Part shown: positions 47,883 through 57,666 of the stretch, piece by piece | Layout of the letters: every line of letters begins with the position of its first letter | Position numbering within the stretch: the stretch's first letter is position 1 | The notes under the pieces: model-generated | Told to the model about the DNA's origin: nothing | Databases searched by the model: none | What the model saw: the letters and a program-made list of their open reading frames with translations, nothing else | From: Candidatus Latescibacterota bacterium | Lineage (GTDB): Bacteria; Latescibacterota; UBA2968; UBA8231 | Reading direction: 5' to 3' | Assembly: GCA_965243025.1 (NCBI GenBank) | Contig: CBDETY010000003.1 | Coordinates: forward strand, 2,784,001 to 2,848,000 | DNA: 64,000 nt | Program-made: the position numbers and the translations under genes

Positions 47883-48065
47883 ACCTTACGGCCTGGCAGC
47901 CCCGCGCCCCGGACCGTGCCAGGGCCCGCGAGCTGTCGACGGTTGTCGAGCCGCAGCGGGAGGCCGATGAGCTACCTGTGGTGGCGGCCGTTCTACTTTC
48001 CCGTCCCGAAGGATTATCCGGTCAGCGACGGGCGAACAAGACGGTCATTCGAATCACCCCACCGA

Positions 48066-50150
48066 TCACCCGGCGTTCTCAAGTATCGCGACGTAAGCGT
48101 CGTACAGGTCCTGGATGTTATCGACGTAATGAACCGGCTGCCCGCCCCGGCAGAAGCCGTAGCGCGCCCGCTTGTAGTAGGCCGGCTGCGACAGCAGGCG
48201 CATCGCCTGCTCGACCTGGCCGAACCAGCGGTCGGGATCCCATCCCTGCTCCCGCGCCAGGTGGCGGGCGTCGAGCAGGTGGCCGTAGCCGGCGTTGTAT
48301 GAAGCCAGGGCGAAGCGGATCCGCTCATCGGGCGGGATCTCGCGGTCGAAGCGGTCGAGGAGCTGGTGCATGTACTTCGCTCCGGCGTGGATGCTGTCCT
48401 CCGGATCCTGCAGGTTGGTGAACCCCAGCTGCTCACCCGTCTTCGGCATGATCTGCATCAGTCCCCGGGCCCCGACCCAGCTGACCGCATCCGGATCGAA
48501 CTTGGATTCCTGGTACATCTGCGCGATCAGCATGCGCCAGTCCTGTCCGTAGTGCAGGGCGTATTTTTTGGCCAGGTCGTCGTAGGGGGACAGCTGCCCG
48601 CCCAGGTCGACCCGCATCGAGTCCTTTGCCCGGGCGATGGCGCGCGAGTTCTTGAAGTACCTCTTCTTCATCATGTTGAAGAAGAGGCCCCCCTTCTCCC
48701 GCCTCACGTAGTTGTCGAGCGACGCCAGCAGCCCGGGATTCCCCTTGCGCACCGCCCAGCCCAGCGTGGTCGACTTGACGCTGCATACCGCCTTCAGCCG
48801 GCGGCCGTAGGCCAGCTCGACGTCGAGCAGGTTGGAGTCGCACATGGTGATGCCGTAGAGGCCCTCCTCGACCCCTGCGAGGATATCCTCGGTCTCGACG
48901 TCGTCCGGCAGCGCCACGATTTCGAGGCCCTCCAGTGAATCCTGCAACGCCGTCAGGGTCGTGTAGAACGAGGAGCTGGCGCGCACGTGGATCGTCCGCC
49001 CGGCCAGGTCCTGCAGGCTGGAGATCGAGTCGTTGTCCGCCCGCACCACCACCAGCTCCTCCACCTCGTTGTAGGGCCGGCTGAAGGCGGCCAGGGCCTG
49101 CCTTTCCGGGGTTATCGTCATGGCCGCGGCCACGACGTCTCCCTTGCCCTCATTCAGGTACTGCAGCAGCTCTGCGTGGCTGTCCGGGATGACGATCTCG
49201 AGGCGCAGGCCGTGCTCGGTGGCGAACTTCTTCATCAGCTCGTACTCGAACCCGACCTGCAGGCCGCGGTGGATGAAATAGGTCATGGCGTTGTTGCGCG
49301 TGAGCATGCGCAGGCGGCCGCGTTCGATCAGGCCGGGCAGGTCGTCGGTGAACTCCTGCTGGCGCCCGCGCGTGAACTGCCGGGCGTGAAGGAACTCGTC
49401 CACTTTCAACTTGAGCTCCCTGTCGCCGGGCCGCATCATCAGGGCGATGGGGCGCTCCATGGCCAGCACCAGCGGCGTCGCCAGTCCGTCGTAGTAGCTC
49501 GACAGGGCATTCCACAGATGCGCGTCCGCCACGGTCGCCTCGTACTGCCCGCCGGCGACGCCTGCGAGAATGCCCTCGATGTTGAGGGTTTCCTCCACGG
49601 TGTCGATGCGCAGGGACGGCAACTGCTTCTGAAGCTCGACCAGGGTCCCGTAGTAGGAGCTCGACCTGCGCACGCTGATCTCCATGCCGGCGAGGTCGTC
49701 GACCGTCCGGGGAAGATCCCCGCCCGACCTCATGACCAGGTACTCGTCGACGTGGAGATAGGGGACCGAGAACGCCGCCTGCTCCTGGCGCTCGGGGGTG
49801 ATGGTCAGGCTGGCGGCGACCACGTCCCCCTCCCCTTCCAGCAGCTTCCCCATCATCTGCGAGAAATCCCCGACCTCGACCAGCTCCACCTTCAGCCTGA
49901 GCGCTTCTGCGAGGTCGCGGGCGATGTCGTAGTTGAGGGTCACCTGCTCCCCGTGCCGGGGCATGTAGGAGATCGCCTCCAGGGGCACGATCACCCGCAG
50001 GACGCCGCGCGACCGCAGGTCGGGAAGATCGCCGGTGTACTTGGGAGCCTCGGCCGCCTGCTGCCCGGAAGGCCCCTGGCCGGGTTCGCCGCATTGGGCA
50101 AGCAGGCACAAGGCGGCGAGCGAGGCGGGAAGGAGCAGACAGGTTCTCAT
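48066..50150 (-). CDS. MltF-like lytic transglycosylase with two tandem SBP_bac_3 domains (lipoprotein)
   Basis: Lipobox LAQ-C, two ITPER/SSY SBP domains, QESKFDP.A.S..GA.GLMQI, ASYNAG. Confidence 0.9.
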   Translation of the reverse strand: MRTCLLLPASLAALCLLAQCGEPGQGPSGQQAAEAPKYTGDLPDLRSRGVLRVIVPLEAISYMPRHGEQVTLNYDIARDLAEALRLKVELVEVGDFSQMMGKLLEGEGDVVAASLTITPERQEQAAFSVPYLHVDEYLVMRSGGDLPRTVDDLAGMEISVRRSSSYYGTLVELQKQLPSLRIDTVEETLNIEGILAGVAGGQYEATVADAHLWNALSSYYDGLATPLVLAMERPIALMMRPGDRELKLKVDEFLHARQFTRGRQQEFTDDLPGLIERGRLRMLTRNNAMTYFIHRGLQVGFEYELMKKFATEHGLRLEIVIPDSHAELLQYLNEGKGDVVAAAMTITPERQALAAFSRPYNEVEELVVVRADNDSISSLQDLAGRTIHVRASSSFYTTLTALQDSLEGLEIVALPDDVETEDILAGVEEGLYGITMCDSNLLDVELAYGRRLKAVCSVKSTTLGWAVRKGNPGLLASLDNYVRREKGGLFFNMMKKRYFKNSRAIARAKDSMRVDLGGQLSPYDDLAKKYALHYGQDWRMLIAQMYQESKFDPDAVSWVGARGLMQIMPKTGEQLGFTNLQDPEDSIHAGAKYMHQLLDRFDREIPPDERIRFALASYNAGYGHLLDARHLAREQGWDPDRWFGQVEQAMRLLSQPAYYKRARYGFCRGGQPVHYVDNIQDLYDAYVAILENAG

Positions 50151-50289
50151 CGATATGCCTGTTTCCTGGTTTTCCATTGAGTTGTCACGAAGTTGCGGAT
50201 GGCGGGCGGGGGAAAGTGCGTCGCCTGCGCATCGAATTGTGCGGATACAAAAAATACGGCCTGGTGCCGTGGGCTGACAAAGGCCCTGT

Positions 50290-50530
50290 TCCATACCACC
50301 ACGGGGGAGCCGGCTGCGCTGCTCCATCCACGCGCATTGACGGAAGGCATGCCCGATGCCGATATCCCGGGCGCAACCTGGCGCATATCCTGCGCGGTCA
50401 GGAGAATGTTCTTTTCGAGGCAGAGCCTGGCAAACACACGGAAATCGGGATGGCCCACTTTCTCGACTGCATTGAAACCGGGCAATCCGCTGACAGACGG
50501 CAGAAAGCAGCCTGCAGGGGCTGCGTGTGA
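50290..50530 (+). pseudogene. Possible frameshifted remnant of a Gfo/Idh/MocA C-terminus
   Basis: MAHFLDCIETG in one frame continues as PLTDGR in the adjacent frame. No intact ORF. Confidence 0.4.
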
Positions 50531-50713
50531 TCTGGCGGCTGTACGATGCCGAGGAATCAGGGCGAATTGCAGATCTGACCGGCCCGGGTCTGGATCAGGC
50601 TTGATGAACAGGACAAATTCCCGGGTGACCCACCCCACAACTGGCCTGGTCCGGCGCGCCTCCTGCTCCTGCCGGCAGCTGCCTCGCCGGGTCTCCACGA
50701 CAGAACTGCTCGA

Positions 50714-51529
50714 ATGGTGATCTCGGAAAAAGACAGGGAGTCCTACCGCTCGCAGGGGTTCCTCGTTCTGCGGCAAGCCTTTTCGCGGGCCCGTATCGAG
50801 GCGCTTCTCGAAGGGATCGAGAGGCTGATCGACAAGGGGCTCGCCGGTGAGTGCGAGCTGGGCTGGATCGACCGCGAGCGCCGTCTGCCCGCCCGCACCG
50901 GCCACCTTCTCCACCCCGACAGGTACCACCCCGCCTTCGCCGACTGGATCGACGAGGATCTCGCCCCCCATCTCGAGGCCCTGGTCAGCGGCCCCGGGGT
51001 GCGCCACAGCCTGTTCGGCATGCTCGCCGGGGGCGGCGGGCAGCCCTACACCCAGAAATGGCACCGCGACCTCTGCAGGCCGGGAGACCCCGACGAGACC
51101 GCGTTCCTGCGCCGACACGAAGGGAGCTTCGTGCAGTTCAACGCCCCCCTCGTTCCCGGCGACCGCTTTCTCCACATCGTCCCGGGAAGTCACCGGCGGG
51201 CCTCGACGGCCGCCGAGATCGAGGCTTCCCGCAGCGAGTCGGGAGAGATGCCTGACGCCCTCGTCGTCGACCTGGAGCCCGGGGACATCGCCTGGTACAA
51301 CGCCAACCTCTGGCACCGGGGCTGGAACCCGGAGGGGCGCAAGCGCTGGACCCTGCACTGCGCCTTCTGGAGCGCCGGGGCGCCGGTGATGGCTCACGAG
51401 CACGGACAGCTGGAGCCGCTGACCCGGGACGGGCACCTGGAGCGGATGCCCCCGGTGACCCGGAAGTACATTCAGGGATACCTCGACCGCTATCCCGGGG
51501 GGGAGCCGCCCTCGCTGTTCGACCTGTAG
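50714..51529 (+). CDS. PhyH-family dioxygenase
   Basis: YRSQGFLV, WHRD, VPGSH, LEPGD...LWHRG. Confidence 0.87.
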   Translation: MVISEKDRESYRSQGFLVLRQAFSRARIEALLEGIERLIDKGLAGECELGWIDRERRLPARTGHLLHPDRYHPAFADWIDEDLAPHLEALVSGPGVRHSLFGMLAGGGGQPYTQKWHRDLCRPGDPDETAFLRRHEGSFVQFNAPLVPGDRFLHIVPGSHRRASTAAEIEASRSESGEMPDALVVDLEPGDIAWYNANLWHRGWNPEGRKRWTLHCAFWSAGAPVMAHEHGQLEPLTRDGHLERMPPVTRKYIQGYLDRYPGGEPPSLFDL

Positions 51530-51576
51530 GCAGTTGCAGGACACGCGCGTCTTCGCCCGACGGACAAGGAGAGCAC

Positions 51577-52245
51577 ATGCACAGCACGGCAGTCTTCGCG
51601 AGCACCGATTTCGACATCGTCGACCGCGGCCAGGCGACGACGCACGCCCGCTACTTCTCCAGCTTCGCCAGGACCGACCGGCTCGGGCTGTTCGCTCCCG
51701 ACGGCTGCGAAGGAGCGGGAGCCACCCTGCTGGTCATGGCCTGCGTCACGGCCTTCTACGACCGCTACCGCGAGGAGGGGGGGGACTTCTTCGCCTATCC
51801 CGACTTCTTCTCCTTTCAGCGGCGGCAGCCGCCGGCGTCGTACACCATGTTCGACATCTGGCCCGGGCACAAGGACGTGCCGGTTCCCGAGGCGGCCAAC
51901 GAAACCGCCGCGGCCATCACCGACCGCGGCGTCGATATACTGCTGCTCCCGGACAGGCCGCCGCGGGAGAACGAGTTCCACCGGGTGCAGATGGCGAGCC
52001 TGGAGCGCAACGTCAGGCGTTGCCTCGTGTACTCGGAAGAGGGGGAGGTGGATGAGCCGACCCTCGAGGTCGCCACCTCGAAGGCGGAACCGATCCGCGA
52101 TTGGGCGGAACGGATGTTCGACTCGGTGGAGGGGGATGGCGAATGGCAGCGGCGGCGCGAGCGCTTCCTCGACTCCATGCCGCTGGACGGGGCCCGCCAG
52201 AGCTTCAGGGAGATCTCTCTCGAGCAGGCTCTTCCGCTGTTGTAG
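51577..52245 (+). CDS. Hypothetical protein
   Basis: RBS AAGGAG, typical codon usage, no recognised motif. Confidence 0.7.
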   Translation: MHSTAVFASTDFDIVDRGQATTHARYFSSFARTDRLGLFAPDGCEGAGATLLVMACVTAFYDRYREEGGDFFAYPDFFSFQRRQPPASYTMFDIWPGHKDVPVPEAANETAAAITDRGVDILLLPDRPPRENEFHRVQMASLERNVRRCLVYSEEGEVDEPTLEVATSKAEPIRDWAERMFDSVEGDGEWQRRRERFLDSMPLDGARQSFREISLEQALPLL

Positions 52246-52378
52246 CCGGCGGGGGCGGTCCTGGTTGGGCAGGGTCGCCGGAACCGGCACGGATTCCCGG
52301 GACGGGGGGAGGGCGGGCATGCCCGAGGTCGGGCAGGCCGCCTGGAGGGATATGACGGGAAAGCCGGTACGCCGGCTG

Positions 52379-53311
52379 CTACATCTCGAGGGAAGCCTTG
52401 ATCCGCCCCCAGGAAACCGACTCTACTGCGCTGTCTTCCCCAGGTTGTCCCCCGCCCAGGGGCAGCAGCAGACCGTCAAGACCCCCATCTCCTTTCAGGA
52501 AAAACATTGCCTCCAGGTGATCGAAACCCCCCGAAGCCTCGAGCCATATCCCCGGATCATCCTCCTCGTCGGTCACCATGATCCCGAAGCCGATGACCTG
52601 TCCGGCATTCAGATCGCTGGCAACGCTCCCCTCGATGTCGTCGTACGCCCAGCGGTCGAACGGGGTGACGAACAGCTCGATGACGCTGATGGTAGGGTTT
52701 TCTCCGAACACGCCGCCGCCTGCGTCCCCGTAGGGGGGCAGGACCGCCCAGGAAAACTCCCCCTTCTCCTGCCTGGTGACCCTGTCATCCAGGTTCGGGC
52801 CGTCGGGGGTAAGGGCGATGGCGTTGTATTTCTGAGTATGTTCTCGAACCTTTTCCGCTGATGGCCCGGCGCAATCGAAGACCGCGGAACATCCAACCCC
52901 CCCGCTGTGATCTCCGTCGATTACCAGGGAAATACTGTCATTGAGGCCCATAAAATCGACGCCATCGTAATTGTGGGTGTTCTTGTAGACGTCGTCGCTG
53001 CTCACGAAGGCCACGTAGAAACGGGGCGGGTCGTCGTGCCAGGCCAGCCAGATGCGGAAGTCAAAGTCGGACGGATCAGGAGAACCCTCCGGATCCAGGC
53101 TTGCGAAATCCAGCATGGTCATGGACGGCTCCCCGACTACCTCGTACCAATCATCCACGAGGCCGTCCCTTAAATCGATCTTTTCCAGCATCTCCTCGCT
53201 GAGCCAGGCGACCGGGTACACTCGGTCGCCGATGTGGGCGCCCGCCGAAACGGCCAGCACGAGGACGAGAACCAGGGCCCAACGCTGCTTCTCAATGTGA
53301 ACGCAGGTCAT
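52379..53311 (-). CDS. Secreted CBM9/DOMON-like protein with SAVESVSWGRIK tail (tandem copy 3)
   Basis: Signal peptide ending AGA|H, family motifs, tandem paralog. Confidence 0.87.
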   Translation of the reverse strand: MTCVHIEKQRWALVLVLVLAVSAGAHIGDRVYPVAWLSEEMLEKIDLRDGLVDDWYEVVGEPSMTMLDFASLDPEGSPDPSDFDFRIWLAWHDDPPRFYVAFVSSDDVYKNTHNYDGVDFMGLNDSISLVIDGDHSGGVGCSAVFDCAGPSAEKVREHTQKYNAIALTPDGPNLDDRVTRQEKGEFSWAVLPPYGDAGGGVFGENPTISVIELFVTPFDRWAYDDIEGSVASDLNAGQVIGFGIMVTDEEDDPGIWLEASGGFDHLEAMFFLKGDGGLDGLLLPLGGGQPGEDSAVESVSWGRIKASLEM

Positions 53312-53323
53312 CTGCTTCCCTCC

Positions 53324-54256
53324 TTACTCCATCTCCAGGGAGGCCTTGATCCGCCCCCAGGAAACCGACTCGACCGCGCTGTCTTCCCCCGGTTCCGGGC
53401 CGGCCTGGGGCAGCAGCAGGCCGTCGAGGCCCCCGTCCGCCTTCAGGAAATACATTGCCTCCAAGTGATCGAAACCCCCCGAAGCCTCGAGCCATATCCC
53501 CGGATCATCCTCCTCGTCGGTCACCATGATCCCGAAGCCGATGACCTGTCCGGCATTCAGATCGCTGGCAACGCTCCCCTCGATGTCGTCGTACGCCCAA
53601 CGGTCGAACGGGGTGACGAACAGCTCGATGACGCTGATGGTAGGGTTTTCTCCGAACACGCCGCCGCCTGCGTCCCCGTAGGGGGGCAGGACCGCCCAGG
53701 AAAACTCCCCCTTCGCCTGCCTGGTGACCTTGTCATCCAGGTTAGGGCCGTCAGGGGTGAGGGCGATGGCGTTGTATTTCTGATTGTGCTCACGAACCTT
53801 TTCCGCTGATGGCCCGGCGCAATCGAAGACGGCGGAACATCCAACCCCCCCGCTGTGATCTCCGTCGATAAGCAGAGAGATACTGTCATTGAGGCCCATA
53901 AAATCGCGGACATCGTAATTGTGGGTATTCTTGTAGATGTCGTCGCTGGCCACGAATGCGACGTAGAAACGGGCGGGGTCGTCGTGCCAGGCCAGCCAGA
54001 TGCGGAAGTCCAGGTCAGAGGGATCCTGATCCGCAATACTACTTGAAAAGTCCAGGGCGGTCATGGCCGGGGCGCCCACCAGCTCCTGCCACTCATCCAC
54101 CAGGCCGTCCCTGAGATCGATCTGTTCCAGCATCTCGTCGCTGAGGTATGAGACCGGGTATACGCGGTCGCCGACGTGAGCCCCGGCCGAGACGGCCAGC
54201 AACAGGACGAGACCAAGGGTCGCCCAACGCTGCTTCGAAATGTTAATGCAGGTCAT
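53324..54256 (-). CDS. Secreted CBM9/DOMON-like protein with SAVESVSWGRIK tail (tandem copy 2)
   Basis: Signal peptide ending AGA|H, family motifs, tandem paralog. Confidence 0.87.
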   Translation of the reverse strand: MTCINISKQRWATLGLVLLLAVSAGAHVGDRVYPVSYLSDEMLEQIDLRDGLVDEWQELVGAPAMTALDFSSSIADQDPSDLDFRIWLAWHDDPARFYVAFVASDDIYKNTHNYDVRDFMGLNDSISLLIDGDHSGGVGCSAVFDCAGPSAEKVREHNQKYNAIALTPDGPNLDDKVTRQAKGEFSWAVLPPYGDAGGGVFGENPTISVIELFVTPFDRWAYDDIEGSVASDLNAGQVIGFGIMVTDEEDDPGIWLEASGGFDHLEAMYFLKADGGLDGLLLPQAGPEPGEDSAVESVSWGRIKASLEME

Positions 54257-54268
54257 CTTCTTTCCTCC

Positions 54269-55219
54269 TTACTCCATCTCCAGGGAGGCCTTGATCCGCC
54301 CCCAGGAAACCGACTCGACGGCGCTGTCTTCCCCCGGTTCGGCGCCGGGTCCGGGGAGCAGCATGCCGTCGAGATAGCCGTCGGCTCGCAGGAAAAGCAC
54401 GGCCTCGAAGTGATCGTCAGGTTGCGAGGCTTCGACCCAGGGCAACTCCCACTCGTCTTCCGGGGGGTCCTCATCATACACTATGATCCCGAAGCCAATT
54501 GTTTTGTTCGGGGCCAGATCGCTGACCACGCTCCCCTCGATGTCGTCGAACGCCCATCGGTCGAACGGCGTGACGTAGAGTTCGATCACGCTGATGGTCG
54601 GATTTTCTCCCGCCACGCCGCCGCCCCCGTCCCCGTAAGGCGGCAGAACCGTCCAGGCGAACTCTCCCGTCTCGTATCTTGTGAATTCTTCATCCAGGAT
54701 CGGCCCTTCAGAGGTGCGGGCGATGGCGAAATATCCCTGGCTTTTGTTCCGGATTTCCGCCGCCCTTTCTATAGAGTCACTATCCGCACCGCCGCCGTGA
54801 TCTCCGTCGATCACCACGGAAATGCAGTCGTTTTCGTACCAAAGACGATCCGGTCCCCAGGACTCGGCATTGTAATCGTGGTCGTTCTTGTAAATGTCGT
54901 CGCTGGCGATGTAGGCCACGTAGAAACGGGCAGGGTCGTCGTGCCAGGCCAACCAGATGCGGAAGTCCAGGTCCGACGGATCAGGAGAACCCTCCGGATT
55001 CAGGCTTGCGAAATCCAGCATGGTCATGGACGGTTCCCCGACTACCTCGTACCACTCATCCACCGAGCCGTCCTTCAGGTCGATCTTTCCCAGCATTTCG
55101 TCGCTGAGCCAGGCGACCGGGTACACGCGGTCGCCGATGTGGGCGCCCGCCGAAACGGCCAGCCACAGGACGAGACCGAGGGCGGGGCAACCCTTCTTCC
55201 TGCTTCCGACAGAAGTCAT
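54269..55219 (-). CDS. Secreted CBM9/DOMON-like protein with SAVESVSWGRIK tail (tandem copy 1)
   Basis: Signal peptide ending AGA|H, family motifs. RBS AAGGAGGT. Confidence 0.87.
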   Translation of the reverse strand: MTSVGSRKKGCPALGLVLWLAVSAGAHIGDRVYPVAWLSDEMLGKIDLKDGSVDEWYEVVGEPSMTMLDFASLNPEGSPDPSDLDFRIWLAWHDDPARFYVAYIASDDIYKNDHDYNAESWGPDRLWYENDCISVVIDGDHGGGADSDSIERAAEIRNKSQGYFAIARTSEGPILDEEFTRYETGEFAWTVLPPYGDGGGGVAGENPTISVIELYVTPFDRWAFDDIEGSVVSDLAPNKTIGFGIIVYDEDPPEDEWELPWVEASQPDDHFEAVLFLRADGYLDGMLLPGPGAEPGEDSAVESVSWGRIKASLEME

Positions 55220-55425
55220 CTCTCACCTCCTTGCCGGTCCGTGTTACCGGCCGGGTCATCGGTTTTTTCCGGCGTTCCGTGCCCAGCGTCATTTCCCTTC
55301 GGATTCAATATAGCCCGGCCAATCCGCGAATCAGCGCGAAAACTTCCCGGGCAAAACTTCAGGGTTCGGTGAAACCCCCGGCGCCATGCCGTATCTTTGC
55401 GGCCTCACCCACTACGGAAAAGCAG

Positions 55426-56664
55426 ATGTCAACCGCAAGAAAAGGGCTTCTGACCGCGATCGGCCCGGGTATTCTTGTCGCGGCCACCGGGGTCGGCGCC
55501 GGCGACCTCGCCACCGCGGCCCTCACCGGCTCCCGGCTCGGCCTCGCCATTCTCTGGGCGGTCGTTGTCGGGGCCTTCGTTAAGTTCGTCCTCAACGAGG
55601 GGCTGACGCGCTGGCAGCTGGCGACCGGCGAGACCCTGCTCGAAGGGGCGATGCGCCGCCTCGGCAGGCCGGCGCAGTACATCTTCCTCGCCTACCTCCT
55701 CGCCTGGAGCTTCATGGTGGCCGCGGCGCTGATGAGCGCCAGCGGCATCGCCGCCCACGCCATCCTGCCGGTCGCGGCCGACCCCTCCGACGGCAAGATC
55801 ATCTACGGCGCCCTGCTCAGCCTGGTCGGACTGGCGATGGTGCGTATCGGCGGCTACCGCCTGTTCGAGAAGGTGATGGGCTTCTTCATCGCCGTGATGT
55901 TCGTCACCGTGCTGATCACCGCCGTCCTGCTGAAACCCCCGCTCGGGGCGGTCCTCAAGGGGCTGGCCTGGCCGTCGATTCCCGATCTGGCCGGCAACGG
56001 GCTGTCCTGGACGATAGCGCTGATGGGCGGGGTCGGCGGCACCGTGACCGTGCTCTGCTACGGGTACTGGATCCGCGAGGAGGGGCGCCGCTCCGCCGAG
56101 GATCTGGCGGCCTGCCGTTTCGACCTCGGCGTCGCCTATGGGATGACCGCCCTGTTCGGGATGGCGATGGTGGTGATCGGCAGCGCCATCGAAGCCGACG
56201 GCAAGGGGGCGACCCTCGTCATCCGCCTGGCCGACCGCCTCGGGGCGGAGCTCGGGACACTCGGGAAATGGGCGTTTCTGATCGGCGCCTTCGGCGCCAT
56301 CTTCAGCAGCCTCCTCGGCGTCTGGCAGAGCGTCCCCTACCTGTTCAGCGACCTGTGGGGGATGATGCGGGCCCGCGATTCCCCGCCCCCGCCGGTGAGC
56401 ACGGACTCGGCGGTGTACCGCTGGTTCCTCTACGGGCTCGCGGTGCTGCCGATGGCCGGGCTCTGGGTCGGCTTCGCGAAGATGCAGAAGACCTACGCCG
56501 TCTTCGGCGCCGTCTTCATGCCGATGCTCGCCCTGGTGCTGCTGCTGCTCAACGGGCGCGCCGACTGGATCGGCCGGCAGTACCGCAACCGGCCGCTGAC
56601 GACGATCCTCCTCCTGCTCATCCTCATCTTCTTCGCCGCCGCCGGATACCTGGCGGTGGCCTGA
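55426..56664 (+). CDS. NRAMP-like (YcsG-type) membrane transporter
   Basis: IGPGILVAATGVGAGDL, KF..NEG..RWQLATGE, about 11 TM helices. Confidence 0.85.
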   Translation: MSTARKGLLTAIGPGILVAATGVGAGDLATAALTGSRLGLAILWAVVVGAFVKFVLNEGLTRWQLATGETLLEGAMRRLGRPAQYIFLAYLLAWSFMVAAALMSASGIAAHAILPVAADPSDGKIIYGALLSLVGLAMVRIGGYRLFEKVMGFFIAVMFVTVLITAVLLKPPLGAVLKGLAWPSIPDLAGNGLSWTIALMGGVGGTVTVLCYGYWIREEGRRSAEDLAACRFDLGVAYGMTALFGMAMVVIGSAIEADGKGATLVIRLADRLGAELGTLGKWAFLIGAFGAIFSSLLGVWQSVPYLFSDLWGMMRARDSPPPPVSTDSAVYRWFLYGLAVLPMAGLWVGFAKMQKTYAVFGAVFMPMLALVLLLLNGRADWIGRQYRNRPLTTILLLLILIFFAAAGYLAVA

Positions 56665-56681
56665 CCCTGCACGAGGCTGTG

Positions 56682-57518
56682 ATGAAAACCGAAGTCACCC
56701 CCGAACAGATTGACCACCACCGGCGCGAAGGCTGGACCATCGTCGAGGATTTCCTCTCACCCGGCGAGCTGCGGGAGCTCAGCGACGCGGTCGAGGACTC
56801 GGTCGCGCGCATGGGAGACGACAAGCTGACCGGCGAGGGGAACGAGCGCATCAGGAAGAACGAAGGGGGCAGGGAGTACTACGACCGCGTCTTCCTGCAG
56901 CGCCTCAACCTCTGGAAGATCGACGCCACCGTCAGGAAGTACATGCTCTCCCCGGAGCTCGGGGAGATGCTCTGCCGGCTCGAGGGGATCGACGGCATCC
57001 GCGTCTGGCACGACCAGACCCTGCAGAAGGGTCCCTGGGGAAATCCGAGCTCCTGGCATATCGACGTTCCGAGCTGGTCCTTCTGCTCGCCGCACGCGAT
57101 CTCGATCTGGATCGCCCTCGACGACGCCACCATCCAGAACGGCTGCATGTACTACATCGCGGGGTCCCACCGCGAGGCGGTGTACGAGAAGAAGGGGGGA
57201 TTCAGCCCCAACGTCGGCGCCATTTTCGACCAGTATCCCCAGTGGCGCGGCCGCGAGCCCGTCGCCGTCATCCTGAAGGCGGGGGACGCCGCCTTCCACA
57301 ACGGGCTGATGGCGCACGCCGCCGGCCCCAATATGACGCCGCGCTCGCGCCGGGCAATGACCTGCGCCTACATGCCGGACGGGGCCACATACAACGGCAT
57401 CCAGAACATCCTCTCCGACGAGCAGATCGCGAGGCTGGAGATCGGGGACGTGCTCGACGACGAGGGCCAGGTGCCGCTGGTCTGGTCGAAGGAGATGGCC
57501 GCGGCCGGCACCGGGTAG
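56682..57518 (+). CDS. PhyH-family dioxygenase
   Basis: HDQ.L.K, WHID, WIALDDAT..NGCM..I.GSH, H.AG.N.T...RRA. Confidence 0.92.
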   Translation: MKTEVTPEQIDHHRREGWTIVEDFLSPGELRELSDAVEDSVARMGDDKLTGEGNERIRKNEGGREYYDRVFLQRLNLWKIDATVRKYMLSPELGEMLCRLEGIDGIRVWHDQTLQKGPWGNPSSWHIDVPSWSFCSPHAISIWIALDDATIQNGCMYYIAGSHREAVYEKKGGFSPNVGAIFDQYPQWRGREPVAVILKAGDAAFHNGLMAHAAGPNMTPRSRRAMTCAYMPDGATYNGIQNILSDEQIARLEIGDVLDDEGQVPLVWSKEMAAAGTG

Positions 57519-57666
57519 CTCCGCCGGGCGTGCGGGCTCCGCCCCCGGCGGGCTTCACGACGGCCGCTCCAGGAGGGACGCCTCCCGAGGGTCGGCGCCC
57601 CGGCATTCACGCGGCTCCCGGAATCCGCCGCAGTCCGCGGGGCCGGCTCGTTTTCCTCGACCCGAA

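Noticed and set aside
47883-48065. Short ORFs between the activator and the MltF-like gene
   Set aside because: No recognisable motif, and they overlap convergent gene ends.
44612-48421. Very long alternative-frame ORFs (1269 aa here; also 1829-4426, 10077-12626, 13712-16171, 22523-24949)
   Set aside because: These are Arg/Pro/Gly-rich shadow frames expected at high GC. Where a real protein occupies the 3' end, it is annotated from its internal start.
57519-57666. GC-rich hairpin-like sequence between convergent genes (REP or terminator)
   Set aside because: No clean stem with a U-tract and no second copy recognised.
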